From: a virus | Lineage: Duplodnaviria; Heunggongvirae; Uroviricota; Caudoviricetes | Length of the DNA: 64,000 bases | IMG/VR virus record: IMGVR_UViG_3300010348_000547 | Coordinates: 566 to 64,565 of that record | Strand: one strand, 5' to 3' | Part shown: one piece after another, positions 57,001 to 64,000 of the stretch | Layout of the letters: each line of letters starts with the position of its first letter | How positions within the stretch are numbered: the stretch's first letter is position 1 | Notes under the pieces: generated by a model | Databases searched by the model: none | Told to the model about the DNA's origin: nothing | What the model saw: the letters and a program-made list of their open reading frames with translations, nothing else | Made by a program: the position numbers and the translations under genes

Positions 57001-58335
57001 ATGTTTAGAAGCAGAGAATCAATGGCCGATCAACTTACGCAGATACAAATCATGTATCCAGAACTTGCAGATAAGTACAGCTTAGTAGGTGCTTTATCAG
57101 CTAACGTAATGGAAAGAGGTAGCAGCCGTACAGCAAACATAATGCTGAATGACTCTATGATTGATGACCCTGAAAAGATAAACATATTCCACCAGAACTT
57201 GTTGGCCTTATCTGACCCACATAAGATTGAGCTTAATACAGAATCCGCTGTTGAAAGACAACGTGTAACAGATTTCTTCAATCGCTTTACTATATATGCT
57301 TTCTTACAATCTGGTATGAACACTAAAGGGATGTATTCATTAATACGCTTGGTGCCTCAGGAGAAGTTCACTGACCTAATGACTTTATACATTCCGGAAT
57401 TCTCTAGTAAGATTAATAATGTCACGCTTGAACGTTATTGGAAAAAGTTCATCCAGGTAAATTCTGACCGTAGATCTCGTAGCCGTATGAGAGATTATAC
57501 TATTAACAACTATGACCTGAATGCAGACTACGAACGTAGCGGTTACGGGCAAGCTTCAGTTAAAGATGTTAAAGACATGATTAAGGCGGCATTAAAAGAA
57601 AAGGCTACTACGACAGCTGCACCTGAAGTTAAGTTTACTGAAGATGCACAAGGTAATATGATATTCGATGCTCACGGTATCGGTCGTGTTGGAGCTACTA
57701 TCGCTTCCAATAAAAATCCGGATGTGATATTTGCCATCAATGGTGTTGCTCAGTCTCCTGATGGTAAAATGCTAGATGGTGGTGCAGATAAAAACGAAGC
57801 TGCTCTTTATGGTATCAAGCAAGGAAACGTTGTAGGATTACCTACAAGAAATACATTCCGTGCAGGTAAAGATGGTCAGATGAATAAAGCTGATATTTTA
57901 CCAGATGGTCAACAACCGGTTGAAGGAGCAAACGGAATTGCCTCTACAGGAAAGACTCAAACTGGAAACCAGCCGGCACCTATCAATTCTACAGTAATCA
58001 ATCCTGCTTTAAAACAGCAAATTGACTCTGCTATATCTACGCTTAAAGACTATCAAGCCCAAGGTAAAAAGATTGCTTTTCCTAAAGCAGGTTTCGGTCA
58101 ATACATGATTGGAGCAGATGATGTTACGGGTGAACTAAAAGATGATAAAATTGTGCCAATAGCTCCCGCAGCTTTCGTATATTTGTCTCAACAGCTTTGG
58201 GATAATTTTAAGTTTGTGAACCCTAATTTTGACAAGGCGCTTGGTTTTACTAAGCAAGCCAATGTACTGCAAGCTAATGCAGAGGTTACAGACTTAGATG
58301 TGTTAGACGCCCTTAGTTTTTGTTTTAAAGCGTAA
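48022..58335 (+). CDS. crAss-type virion-packaged single-chain DNA-directed RNA polymerase with an N-terminal zincin domain
   Basis: 3437 aa. The catalytic GGDFDIDK (DFDID at 54949-54963) is preceded by ITGPRIPTQ, matching the DFDID motif of Cellulophaga phage phi14:2 gp66. HEAWH at 50341-50355 with EEFLAEEF. Confidence 0.9.
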   Translation: MSCLLNQEMRDGLFVMVASDLFTKAKGDEPLDLDAYIREVYNFAKISSQGNEALALDAAMLVPGFVDQTLANRPKLEEHFEKFNEDIRMEVLAKKKAFRSIDKVREVLGLTESPAEIIDAVEQDIKTEVAPEPVIESEEKQQEKAEPWKTLPFGAFYTYGPEITETGEVVKENVLNIAAIKTIRELMEKQGVSDSSQVNVPGVGPVFLKIMPAGEANKLAGRPSYTHADKGMVAVLTSSWGEPVSFDGTGKAITNGKGASWFKLYSPVPFKVNAGGTMILDLNQKAFMDHVMASPEYSTMKDWQKKKNAASFYNTVMTKYNALVRQYRDAGMTEVEAEMEALDNLTRDFEAFEWMRQYVEEKGNSVQAVITGSSKGFVINNQYNPTPLKQIFGENTFSPISVKKEELGMNLPMGGAYFYAPGISEPINIDKPSVKDMPELMNQLISLFTQPLTENGKPVDILRRNALIQQFLLAKYSNIRFVPNTKDGGFTHENGQFRVDINGVRYSFDYTESGTANRNKLAEALQKAFTTPSKGAKVPLKRENLAKEGVVPVKTLEGQVNTNNVLEDDKGDFYKINFPHVDVVGNLINGVLEMPTINNGVLTITPMPYNNFIRDNYATIAKVDANNKVVAFNPVMTFAPTLEEFTKFIPGAKVQEQVEKSQEPVEKKEPTNTAATQSNADLDELAAGFTMDKRLPQKELNSAVLAHQIKQAEIWYNNSPLKKHFPFETVFRAVNQGIGPVAQWSIHGIRLFHYYSEDGKFDASKSGDFTDLYHEAWHGFTQTFLTADQRKTLYAEARNRSGSFVDYNGNTVSFKSADVWQLEEFLAEEFREFMISGGKKMIKGSPGTRSIFKQILDFLKALFTIHQVPAADLIQNPLSYGPIFEMYENLRVGDLSKYNFDVNNRDKSIGVLNSLQARDKNSSSQVIDLQNANMLVNSMDSIISKFATFVSKSKGDRSYVTQLMSTPENRKSVYRTVLQELIKTKDKLIKERDELSGEDPKTAYKRNILQQSINTLEWATGPNFGDIENLANNKDNKGLIAYHVLKSKYLSEQDKESLFDDSEIDEVKQNEEARGQGFDRSGNETSQYDLSSPEVKYLLRSIHRFDKNGLPVKNVIGIHELADTHVVWNKIARTLNGIMSRPDMWKALDKAAHERNAAGEVTRIIDPTISELLDKLGPVDTQSEADTALWQKFWATFNMVSIPLIQMTVEETTREDNGVVSSSYKMTIGQANSSSRRTGNLWRNAFRTMNTDYILRDMNEATPEGKQNPTFNMNYLDVDAVIADFTDTKGKLKDAPGFLRAIGVLLSDKPVINTAVNSNVGNPAVILTRLKTLSKNNIKRVYSLDDVFKEYEDLGLASDNANLTALADLENKHSDHTSNYAQTNAEGNTQYELSLHNSMSIMVSTINSAESYQDLMAIPHMRYLDININPFAASSLWLNSIFEMKDALGRPLATNDPAFGRKRRDASGNLVKLNMSNLSGVQMTSESGTDGIASASADEFTKMIMDFHMTLNGKPELMRHADKGTSFSLWLQNIVGGAKTGGYVDTISFFKTEQGDVIGYNKAADMMMNYLDAEMKRIQKLNEIKELTKKGDVVYDEHYLKEGRKFVIFEDILTPATQAALLKDKSLVNVVPENLEKVRAEIIEYLDNQFNNVKEVFQKNHFIDKTLSARIKTEAAKAGYVTGPVANSFANKALTLTEDAMVRSFVVNSWIHNIESMNIVYGDIAQYNMKKEEFHKRNAGAGSTGNLFAVDNAMVNYVNKQGRKYAASKGFTEKQLATDGSFQTAILKDNEIPSAYFKEIRQAIAERITAKNKGLSAKELEEKIDKAVKAYTEMNEGDAQGWITFDFYRSASIMEGKWTGKQEKMYQAICAGESISMDDAMEFFPTKKYQYWGPVENRKNENGQFVKDQSGFLPTMAFHKFSLFPLIPNVIKGTNLEKLHDKLMKQGIDYAVFKSGSKISTLTKIDEEGNKIQDVLYSKGREVDETSTLTPNTVYLQFLKNQLEIAPHFKEKVTFPTQMRKLIENGLMEGGVPTDFRSDLPLPERQAEWEKLTKDEKFEKSPYYNLIKRYEANIAKLTKIKKEALIKEANIQYKTVDGKRVVQIDKKLIEFIQGELSRQELGEHEIAFLKTKKGGTGLAHDLSISLSSEKLEKILNAIVVKRLVKQKFKGEGLIQVSGAGWETNLRGELSEEERIKYGTNELPFYTRGEDGKTKAMKVKIAMQGDFRKLYELLHNDGQKIDSLERLNEMLKSEEWLNKGQHRDMVSITGPRIPTQENNSMEFAEVYEFLPEQAGNIVVLPSEIVAKSGGDFDIDKITFMFPTIKAKTNLKDIDFKMFGDFHNKTEDELKAILEKKKKDRTEEEQNIFDHIYNYYPKEVTLPMDTTTEEGLENRILKNMRDMLALKDNYASLVRPNDTDLIKPLADDLADKVMAYKPKARFRGESSKVIAGTRVFEIQYNLYKHGSNNIGKQTLGLGAVDNTYNTVFNRIGMRMNKGYTTTGGVYKDLNILLPHNRVNDESGNKVISLANLYDATGQTSISSVVAQLINGWVDIAKDAWIFNIQGNKEVSPTLLFMVQAGVPVDQAVYMVSHPLIRKYVEEQKLAKSMFAKTLGKGDKNPMFFRNAARRVMFEELFDKDTTKKLGGKAKERDEKFDQLTRDYYQSPEVKAFFNPKEVANNLYGRIENKSGMWDNVDRAIFLHFLELEEMSKVMTKVKMNTNFDTSRSATLFDAQRKSQLLADLREERMFPSAMIDAILTESPIGSFNVQDFQVELWQDLFKLRNNPVLNTFIMDKMKDLNEFNDAKDATFGDAEKMVNELRNDLTSFIFQNSIRKFNINDKVYRGMDIKSEGKEVKSLTSLRHAVFVKDGVIYMDKAQLEKDYQALALKKYKYNVTLADGTVISVAPVKATDFETADTYYSFVFEREILRDQWKGKWDVMKERADVQAKLEMYNASLAKEADETDAHFEARVNQIVFEEMLRDMAMDNTFNAAKMFRSRESMADQLTQIQIMYPELADKYSLVGALSANVMERGSSRTANIMLNDSMIDDPEKINIFHQNLLALSDPHKIELNTESAVERQRVTDFFNRFTIYAFLQSGMNTKGMYSLIRLVPQEKFTDLMTLYIPEFSSKINNVTLERYWKKFIQVNSDRRSRSRMRDYTINNYDLNADYERSGYGQASVKDVKDMIKAALKEKATTTAAPEVKFTEDAQGNMIFDAHGIGRVGATIASNKNPDVIFAINGVAQSPDGKMLDGGADKNEAALYGIKQGNVVGLPTRNTFRAGKDGQMNKADILPDGQQPVEGANGIASTGKTQTGNQPAPINSTVINPALKQQIDSAISTLKDYQAQGKKIAFPKAGFGQYMIGADDVTGELKDDKIVPIAPAAFVYLSQQLWDNFKFVNPNFDKALGFTKQANVLQANAEVTDLDVLDALSFCFKA

Positions 58336-58346
58336 TTAGTATAAAG

Positions 58347-61300
58347 ATGAAAATATGTCCAAATCTTAGCGACCCTCAAATCAAAGCTCAATGGGATGCC
58401 TTAGAACAGCATCCCGAGTTAGGTAAACTTGAGGCAATGAGAGAATTTATGGAGGCGGAAATCGATGGTCGCCCTGTACTTACTCCTGAACTTGTTATAG
58501 AAAAGCTATCTAAAAGGTCAACACCTAAGTCAGCTGAAGCAATTCAAGCTGAGATGGATAGACAGGAAAAGATTATCCTGAGCAAATCAAATGACACAAC
58601 CTTGTTCACTGACCCTAACTCCCTGTACGGGAATGCGGCTTTGACTAGCGATGTTAACTTGATTGAGTTGGACGTTACCTCAAATAGTAACACTCGTGGT
58701 ATAGAACTAGCTACCAAACTTTCTGAGCAATTAGGAGTTGGGTTTCAGGTTGTTTCTCCTGAAGAAGCAGCCCGTATTACTGCAGAGTCGGAGAACCCCT
58801 ACAATGCAACTAAAGGTTCTGCATTCTTCTATGGGGATACTGTTTACTTTGTAGGTAGTAAGCTTAATACACAATTAGCATTCCATGAGTTTTCTCATCC
58901 GCTTATTCGTAGTATTCAACAGCAAAACCCTCCATTATTTCAAAAACTAGTTAACAAGGCTATTGCCTCCGCTCCAAAAATTTTGGAAGAGGTACAAGCT
59001 GAGTATGCGGATTTACTTAAAGCATTTGAGCAGGAGTCTGACCCAAGACGTGCAGCTGAACTAGCTGCTAAGTATCAAAATATTGTGGGTGAAGAGATAT
59101 TAGTACGCTCTTTAACGGTAGCCGCTGTGATCAAATCAAACAACGTACAACTGATGGGTCCATTCCAGAAGTTCATTGATGAGCTCCTGTATGCGATTAA
59201 GCAAATCTTAAGAGGGACATTCGGTAAAAAGGTTGACGTAGCCAAATTAGATGGTAACACAACTTTGGATGAACTAGCTGAGATGCTTGTAAAAGGTAAC
59301 CAGTTTGAGATTGATACTAATGCTGTTTCTGATAAGGATGTTGTCGCTTACAGTGATGACTTCAGTGCATACCTGGATGACTTAAATGCCGCAACAGAAA
59401 CGGCCGGTGCACAACATTTAACTGACCTATCTCGTAAGATGTACGAAGGAGCTGCTCAACAAATTGAAATGTTGATGAAGAACCGTAACTACCGTGAGAT
59501 GCTTGAGTTATTTGTGGATGACTATAACCGTGGTGACTTACAGGAGATGCGTTCTAATGTAGCTAAATACGCTAAACAACTTCAGGCTAAAATGGAAGAG
59601 CTTGCTGAAGATGTAGACCGTACTCGTAATGAAGGAACTGCTTTAGTTACCAGTATTCTTCGTCTGGAAGTGATGATGAAGAAGATGGAAGCTCATCTTA
59701 ATAAACTACAGGCTGAGGCTCAAAAGACTCCTACTACTCAGGAGGAAGAAGAGAATCACCGAGATATGGTTCACAAAGCATATTACTATTCCCATGTATT
59801 AAACTACTGGCAAAAATATATTGCTGAGGCAAAAGACATGATGCAAAAAGCCGGTGCAGATCCTCGTTCTCCTATGACTACATTACTGAACAGTATTCAA
59901 GGAACAATGGAGAACTCCGCTCGTCACATAAATGCTATGAATACCACAGGTATCACTGATGTATTATGGGACCAATGGAAAGACATGTCTGAGCAAGCAG
60001 AAAAATTATTCAATGAGCAAATAGCTACACTGAAGAAACAAGGCGCTAACAAGTCAATCATTGATAAAGCTTTCATTGATTTCCACGGTATGCCTGAGGA
60101 AGGTGTTACTCGCTTGAGAGAATTAAATGCTAAGCTGGACAGTGGTCAAAGACTGAATGGTGCTGAAATGGGTGAGCATGAAAATCTTAAAAAGCTTTCC
60201 TTAAACGGATTCAACGTTACTAAGACTAAGATTGAAGCGGCCTTACGCGGGGAGGGTAAAGATGCTAACTGGGCTAACTCTTACCTGGAAGGATACCTTT
60301 ACAATACTGACCCTGTAATTGGAGGCTTTGCGAAGTACTTCAAGAATAACATGATTGAAATGGAGTCTCGTGTTCAGGCACGTTACAACGATATCGTTTC
60401 TGAATTAAAACCTTTACTAGATTCTGCAGGTATTACCTTTACAAATATTGGTGACCTTGGTAAGAAGATTGGTTTTGTAGACACCATTGGTTACTTTGAC
60501 CCGGAACAAAAGAAGTTTGTTACCAAAGAGGTATGGACATTATTGAATGCCAACAAGAACTACCGTGCTACAATTGACCAATTCAACTATGATATAAAAA
60601 CTCTTCAAGATAACTACAACCGTAGCGGGATGGAAGAGGATAAAGATGCATTACGTAAAAAGATTGCAGAAAAGAACAAGCACATGAAGCAATGGTTCCA
60701 CCAAAAATATGTGGACGAATACTATGAAGCTTCAGAATTACTTGAGGGTGAACTTGGCGAACAGGCTGCCTTTGAACGTCAGAAGATTCTGGATGAAATC
60801 GGATTGCTTCAATCTAAAGCAATGGATGAGTTTGATGTATTAAAAAACACTGAGCAGTTAGGTTTACTGTGGAAAAAGTATAAGTTCTTGCATTCATCGT
60901 ATTATGCCGATGGAACAAAAAAGACTAACTCTTATGTGGATGATGCAGGTGTAGTACACACATCAAACAGCTTCATCGAGAAAGCTCCTGGACGTAATAA
61001 CATCAATAATGACTTAGCCATTGCAGAACGCTTGACTGAGTACAAAGAGAAAATGAAAAAGTTCTACGAGTTTAAACCTCGTGAGGGAGCTTTTGAGAAT
61101 GCCTTACTTAACTTTGAAAAAGAGATTGAGGCGAAGATCACCCAGTTGCTTGGTTCTAAACCTACTGACCCAACTGAGGCGTCTGAATGGGAAGACCAAT
61201 ACGAAGCAATGTTTGAAACGTACCGTAAGGAATGGATTAACTTGAATACTCGTGTTCAAATTAAACCAGAATTCTACGAACGTCGTGCTGAAATATTGGC

Positions 61301-64000
61301 CCGTATAAAAGAGATTCTAGCAAAGCTTCCTTCAACACAGGCTAATGAACTTGACTTCAGTAACAGCTGGGTTGAAATCTTGGATGTTGTTTCCGGATAC
61401 CGTGATGATGATGGTCAACCTGTAGGAAATGAAATACCTGGTGCTCGTTTACAAATTGTAAAGGATGCTCAGCAAAAGATGGAAGATGCTAAAGCTAAAT
61501 GGGCGGGCTTCTCCGGATTAACTACAGCTGAGATGGACCGTCTGATTGCGTACTCCGTTACCAAAAAAGGTGGAACAAAATTAACCAGCGCAGAATGGAG
61601 TGACTATACTGCATTACTAGATAAACAAAACGACGTAGGTTTGAGTAAGTTTGACCGTGCTTCTCTTAACAGAGCCTTTGCTGAGTTAAACGAACTACAA
61701 AGAAAAGAACCTACTGAGTATTATGTTGACGCCATTAATCAATTCCTGAATGAGATTAATGACCCTGAAGTTTATAAATTGTTGGCTACAACCGAACTGG
61801 ATGTGAACACTGTCGGTAAGATTTATGACGAAAAGGTGCTTTCTCTCCTGAATCAAAATGCTCAGTTTAAAGAATGGTTTGACCAGAACCACACCGTGAA
61901 AATGATCTTTGATAAAGAGACTGGTGTAAAGGTTCCTAAATACGAACGCTTATACGTGTGGAATGTCATTAAACCTAATGACGAGAACATGTATGAGACT
62001 ACTGAAATCAAACGTGAGGATGGTACATCTGAATTCATTCCAGGTGTTCCTACAACTAAATACTTCAGCCGTGTAGTAAAGAAAGAATACTATACCGGTT
62101 ATGACCCTTCAATTGAAAATGCGGACGGTACCTTTGGTGCTGTAAGACCTATTGTAGGTGTTCACCGTGACAACAGTGGTAGTGACAATGGATGGTTACC
62201 AAAACAAATCCAAGGCTCACCTTACTATAATGAAGAGTACTTCAAGTTAAAAAATGCTCCAGAGGGTTCTCAGGAGAACAAGCTTTTCAAAATCCTTGAA
62301 CTGGTTACAAAGCATCAGCTTAAAACGCAGGAGGGTCTTGGAAAACGTGGTAAGTTGTATCTTGACTTCCCGCGTTTCGAGATGGAAGGTCTAGAAAAGC
62401 TACAGGCGAAGGGTATCAAAGGCGCCAAAGAAAAGGTAAGTACAATTCGAACTCTCCTGGCCAGCATACGAGATTTCTTTAAAGGAGCTAAAGCTGACTC
62501 AGGTACCAACTTTAACTGGGAACAAGAGAGTCAACTGGTGCGTGCAGATGCGTTCGACGATCAGATTGAGAACATCCCAATCCAGGGACTATTCAACTTG
62601 GACTTGAACCGTACTTCTACTGATATTATTCACAGTATGTTCCGTTACCTATACGGTGCAGAACAACATAAACAGCTGGTGAAAATGAATCCGGTTGCAA
62701 GTGGTATCAAGAATATTCTTGAAGACCCTAAGCAGCAGTTAAAAGAGATGGACAAAATCAACAGGTCCAACTTTGTGAACTTTGGTATTACAACTTACCT
62801 GAACAAGAAAGGAAAGTATGTACGTAGAAATGCATTCTCTAACCTTTACAACAGAGAGTTTCGTGGAGAAACTACCACAGGTTTTGGTAAAGATTCAAAG
62901 ATGATTCAGAACATTCAACGCGGGTTGTTTGGTCGTGCTTCATTCTCCTTCTTTGCTTTCAACATCCCTTCTGCTATGAAGAATGCATTAGGCGCTAAGT
63001 TCCAGGCAATGATTCACGCTGCCGGTGGAGATGACGTAACAATGACGAGTCTAGCTAAAGGTGAAGCTTGGTCATCTAAATACATGATGAAACTCAGCTT
63101 TGGTGACGCCTATACGAAAGGTCAAAAGAGTTTCGAACACCAACTGGGAGAAATATTTGACCCAATCCAGGGACGATTTCATGAGAAGTTCGGTACATCC
63201 GTATCTCGTACAATGGCTAAAGATATTGTCAGCACAGGTTGGTTTACTAACTTCCGTAAGTGGGTAGAGATTCAAGCGGGTATGCAAACCTTTGCAGGTA
63301 TGATGTACAAGCAACAGGTGGAAATGAACGGCAAGATGGTTGACTATATGGATGTGTGGGAGATTGGCAAGAACGGTAAGATTCAATTGAAAGCTGGAGT
63401 TGACCCTACTTGGGGTATCACTTACGATGAAGAAGGTAACATGAAAGTGGGTGAAGAGTTTAAAAAATTCAAGACTCGTATCCATGCTGTAATGAATAAA
63501 CTGAATGGTGCCTATGCTAAATTTGATCAGCCAGAAGCACAACGTTATTTGGCTTTCCGATTTGTATCTTTCTTACGTAGATTCTTTACCACAATGGCAA
63601 TGAACCGTTTTGGTCAGAAACGTTGGAATCCTGGATACGGGGAGATTGATGAGGGTTACTATGTATCTGCAGCTAAATCTTTCCTTACTTTACTCCGCAC
63701 CCGCAATGTCAACAACATGACTAAAGCTGATAAAAAAGCTTGGATGAAATTAGTTACGGAAGTTGGTTCTATCTATATGATGGGATTACTTCTTGGCTTA
63801 TTATGGGGATGGGATGATGACGATGAAGAACGTTTTGCTAAACTTAGAGAGCGCTCTTCATTCTTACAGATTCCAGGAACTCGTGATTATCAACCAGGAG
63901 AACACTTTGATGCAGGTGGATTCCTTTCATTACATGCGATGAACATGATGATGCAAGTACGTGCTGAGAACGAACAGTTCTTACCTGGTCCAGGTATCAA
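58347..64000 (+). CDS. 3'-truncated giant virion cargo or ejection protein (>1880 aa) with zincin motif and hydrophobic helix (not in the ORF track)
   Basis: ATG 58347 (MKICPNLSDP). The frame was open at every point I checked, including the last line, and no stop-terminated + strand ORF is listed here. HEFSH at 58884-58898 with GEEILVRSL; VGSIYMMGLLLGLLWGW at 63762-63812. Confidence 0.85.
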   Translation, partial: MKICPNLSDPQIKAQWDALEQHPELGKLEAMREFMEAEIDGRPVLTPELVIEKLSKRSTPKSAEAIQAEMDRQEKIILSKSNDTTLFTDPNSLYGNAALTSDVNLIELDVTSNSNTRGIELATKLSEQLGVGFQVVSPEEAARITAESENPYNATKGSAFFYGDTVYFVGSKLNTQLAFHEFSHPLIRSIQQQNPPLFQKLVNKAIASAPKILEEVQAEYADLLKAFEQESDPRRAAELAAKYQNIVGEEILVRSLTVAAVIKSNNVQLMGPFQKFIDELLYAIKQILRGTFGKKVDVAKLDGNTTLDELAEMLVKGNQFEIDTNAVSDKDVVAYSDDFSAYLDDLNAATETAGAQHLTDLSRKMYEGAAQQIEMLMKNRNYREMLELFVDDYNRGDLQEMRSNVAKYAKQLQAKMEELAEDVDRTRNEGTALVTSILRLEVMMKKMEAHLNKLQAEAQKTPTTQEEEENHRDMVHKAYYYSHVLNYWQKYIAEAKDMMQKAGADPRSPMTTLLNSIQGTMENSARHINAMNTTGITDVLWDQWKDMSEQAEKLFNEQIATLKKQGANKSIIDKAFIDFHGMPEEGVTRLRELNAKLDSGQRLNGAEMGEHENLKKLSLNGFNVTKTKIEAALRGEGKDANWANSYLEGYLYNTDPVIGGFAKYFKNNMIEMESRVQARYNDIVSELKPLLDSAGITFTNIGDLGKKIGFVDTIGYFDPEQKKFVTKEVWTLLNANKNYRATIDQFNYDIKTLQDNYNRSGMEEDKDALRKKIAEKNKHMKQWFHQKYVDEYYEASELLEGELGEQAAFERQKILDEIGLLQSKAMDEFDVLKNTEQLGLLWKKYKFLHSSYYADGTKKTNSYVDDAGVVHTSNSFIEKAPGRNNINNDLAIAERLTEYKEKMKKFYEFKPREGAFENALLNFEKEIEAKITQLLGSKPTDPTEASEWEDQYEAMFETYRKEWINLNTRVQIKPEFYERRAEILARIKEILAKLPSTQANELDFSNSWVEILDVVSGYRDDDGQPVGNEIPGARLQIVKDAQQKMEDAKAKWAGFSGLTTAEMDRLIAYSVTKKGGTKLTSAEWSDYTALLDKQNDVGLSKFDRASLNRAFAELNELQRKEPTEYYVDAINQFLNEINDPEVYKLLATTELDVNTVGKIYDEKVLSLLNQNAQFKEWFDQNHTVKMIFDKETGVKVPKYERLYVWNVIKPNDENMYETTEIKREDGTSEFIPGVPTTKYFSRVVKKEYYTGYDPSIENADGTFGAVRPIVGVHRDNSGSDNGWLPKQIQGSPYYNEEYFKLKNAPEGSQENKLFKILELVTKHQLKTQEGLGKRGKLYLDFPRFEMEGLEKLQAKGIKGAKEKVSTIRTLLASIRDFFKGAKADSGTNFNWEQESQLVRADAFDDQIENIPIQGLFNLDLNRTSTDIIHSMFRYLYGAEQHKQLVKMNPVASGIKNILEDPKQQLKEMDKINRSNFVNFGITTYLNKKGKYVRRNAFSNLYNREFRGETTTGFGKDSKMIQNIQRGLFGRASFSFFAFNIPSAMKNALGAKFQAMIHAAGGDDVTMTSLAKGEAWSSKYMMKLSFGDAYTKGQKSFEHQLGEIFDPIQGRFHEKFGTSVSRTMAKDIVSTGWFTNFRKWVEIQAGMQTFAGMMYKQQVEMNGKMVDYMDVWEIGKNGKIQLKAGVDPTWGITYDEEGNMKVGEEFKKFKTRIHAVMNKLNGAYAKFDQPEAQRYLAFRFVSFLRRFFTTMAMNRFGQKRWNPGYGEIDEGYYVSAAKSFLTLLRTRNVNNMTKADKKAWMKLVTEVGSIYMMGLLLGLLWGWDDDDEERFAKLRERSSFLQIPGTRDYQPGEHFDAGGFLSLHAMNMMMQVRAENEQFLPGPGI

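Noticed and set aside
4296-58335. Inteins or self-splicing introns in terL, portal, MCP or RNAP
   Set aside because: Frames are continuous. I saw no LAGLIDADG or HNH inserts or Cys...His-Asn splice junctions; the RNAP has only three Cys.
1123-63542. Minus-strand and alternative-frame ORFs in the track (e.g. 1123-1407, 4275-4706, 9426-9890, 13291-13815, 63072-63542)
   Set aside because: They lie within or across long + strand genes, read as Ser/Phe/Leu-rich shadows, and have no motifs or leaders.
1-64000. Stop-codon reassignment, known in some crAss-like phages
   Set aside because: Genes up to 10 kb are uninterrupted in code 11; TAA, TGA and TAG all end genes at sensible boundaries.
1-64000. 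tRNA or rRNA genes
   Set aside because: Intergenic gaps are short and I found no cloverleaf or T-loop (GTTCRA) context; tRNAscan-SE would confirm.

Overview
The window is a 64-kb, single-direction (+ strand), AT-rich block from a crAss-like (Crassvirales-related) tailed phage, most likely of a Bacteroidota host. It reads in standard code 11 with no visible introns, inteins, tRNAs or CRISPR arrays. Gene order: partial L,D-transpeptidase-like (possible lysis) gene, small DNA-binding genes and a PD-(D/E)XK nuclease; terminase large subunit, portal, scaffold and major capsid protein; ring and auxiliary capsid genes interrupted by a ferritin with a complete ferroxidase centre; a very Cys-rich fibre cluster (tandem PA14-like, FN3 and Gly-rich repeats); IHF-like, tail tubular and tail stabilization (muzzle) genes; four cargo genes; then three giant virion-cargo genes (1734 aa, 3437 aa and >1880 aa, the last running off the window). 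The 3437-aa protein carries the GGDFDIDK catalytic motif of crAss-type virion RNA polymerase. Each of the three giants has an intact zincin HExxH motif, and cysteines sit at their abutting termini although the two complete giants are otherwise almost Cys-free. Non-coding highlights: a hairpin plus terminator whose loop is antisense to an ACCAACAA motif in four gene leaders, a recurrent TATATTAWA promoter-like box, and AAAGTTTA/TAAACTTT inverted repeats. All family assignments come from motif recognition and gene order by eye; no database search was run.
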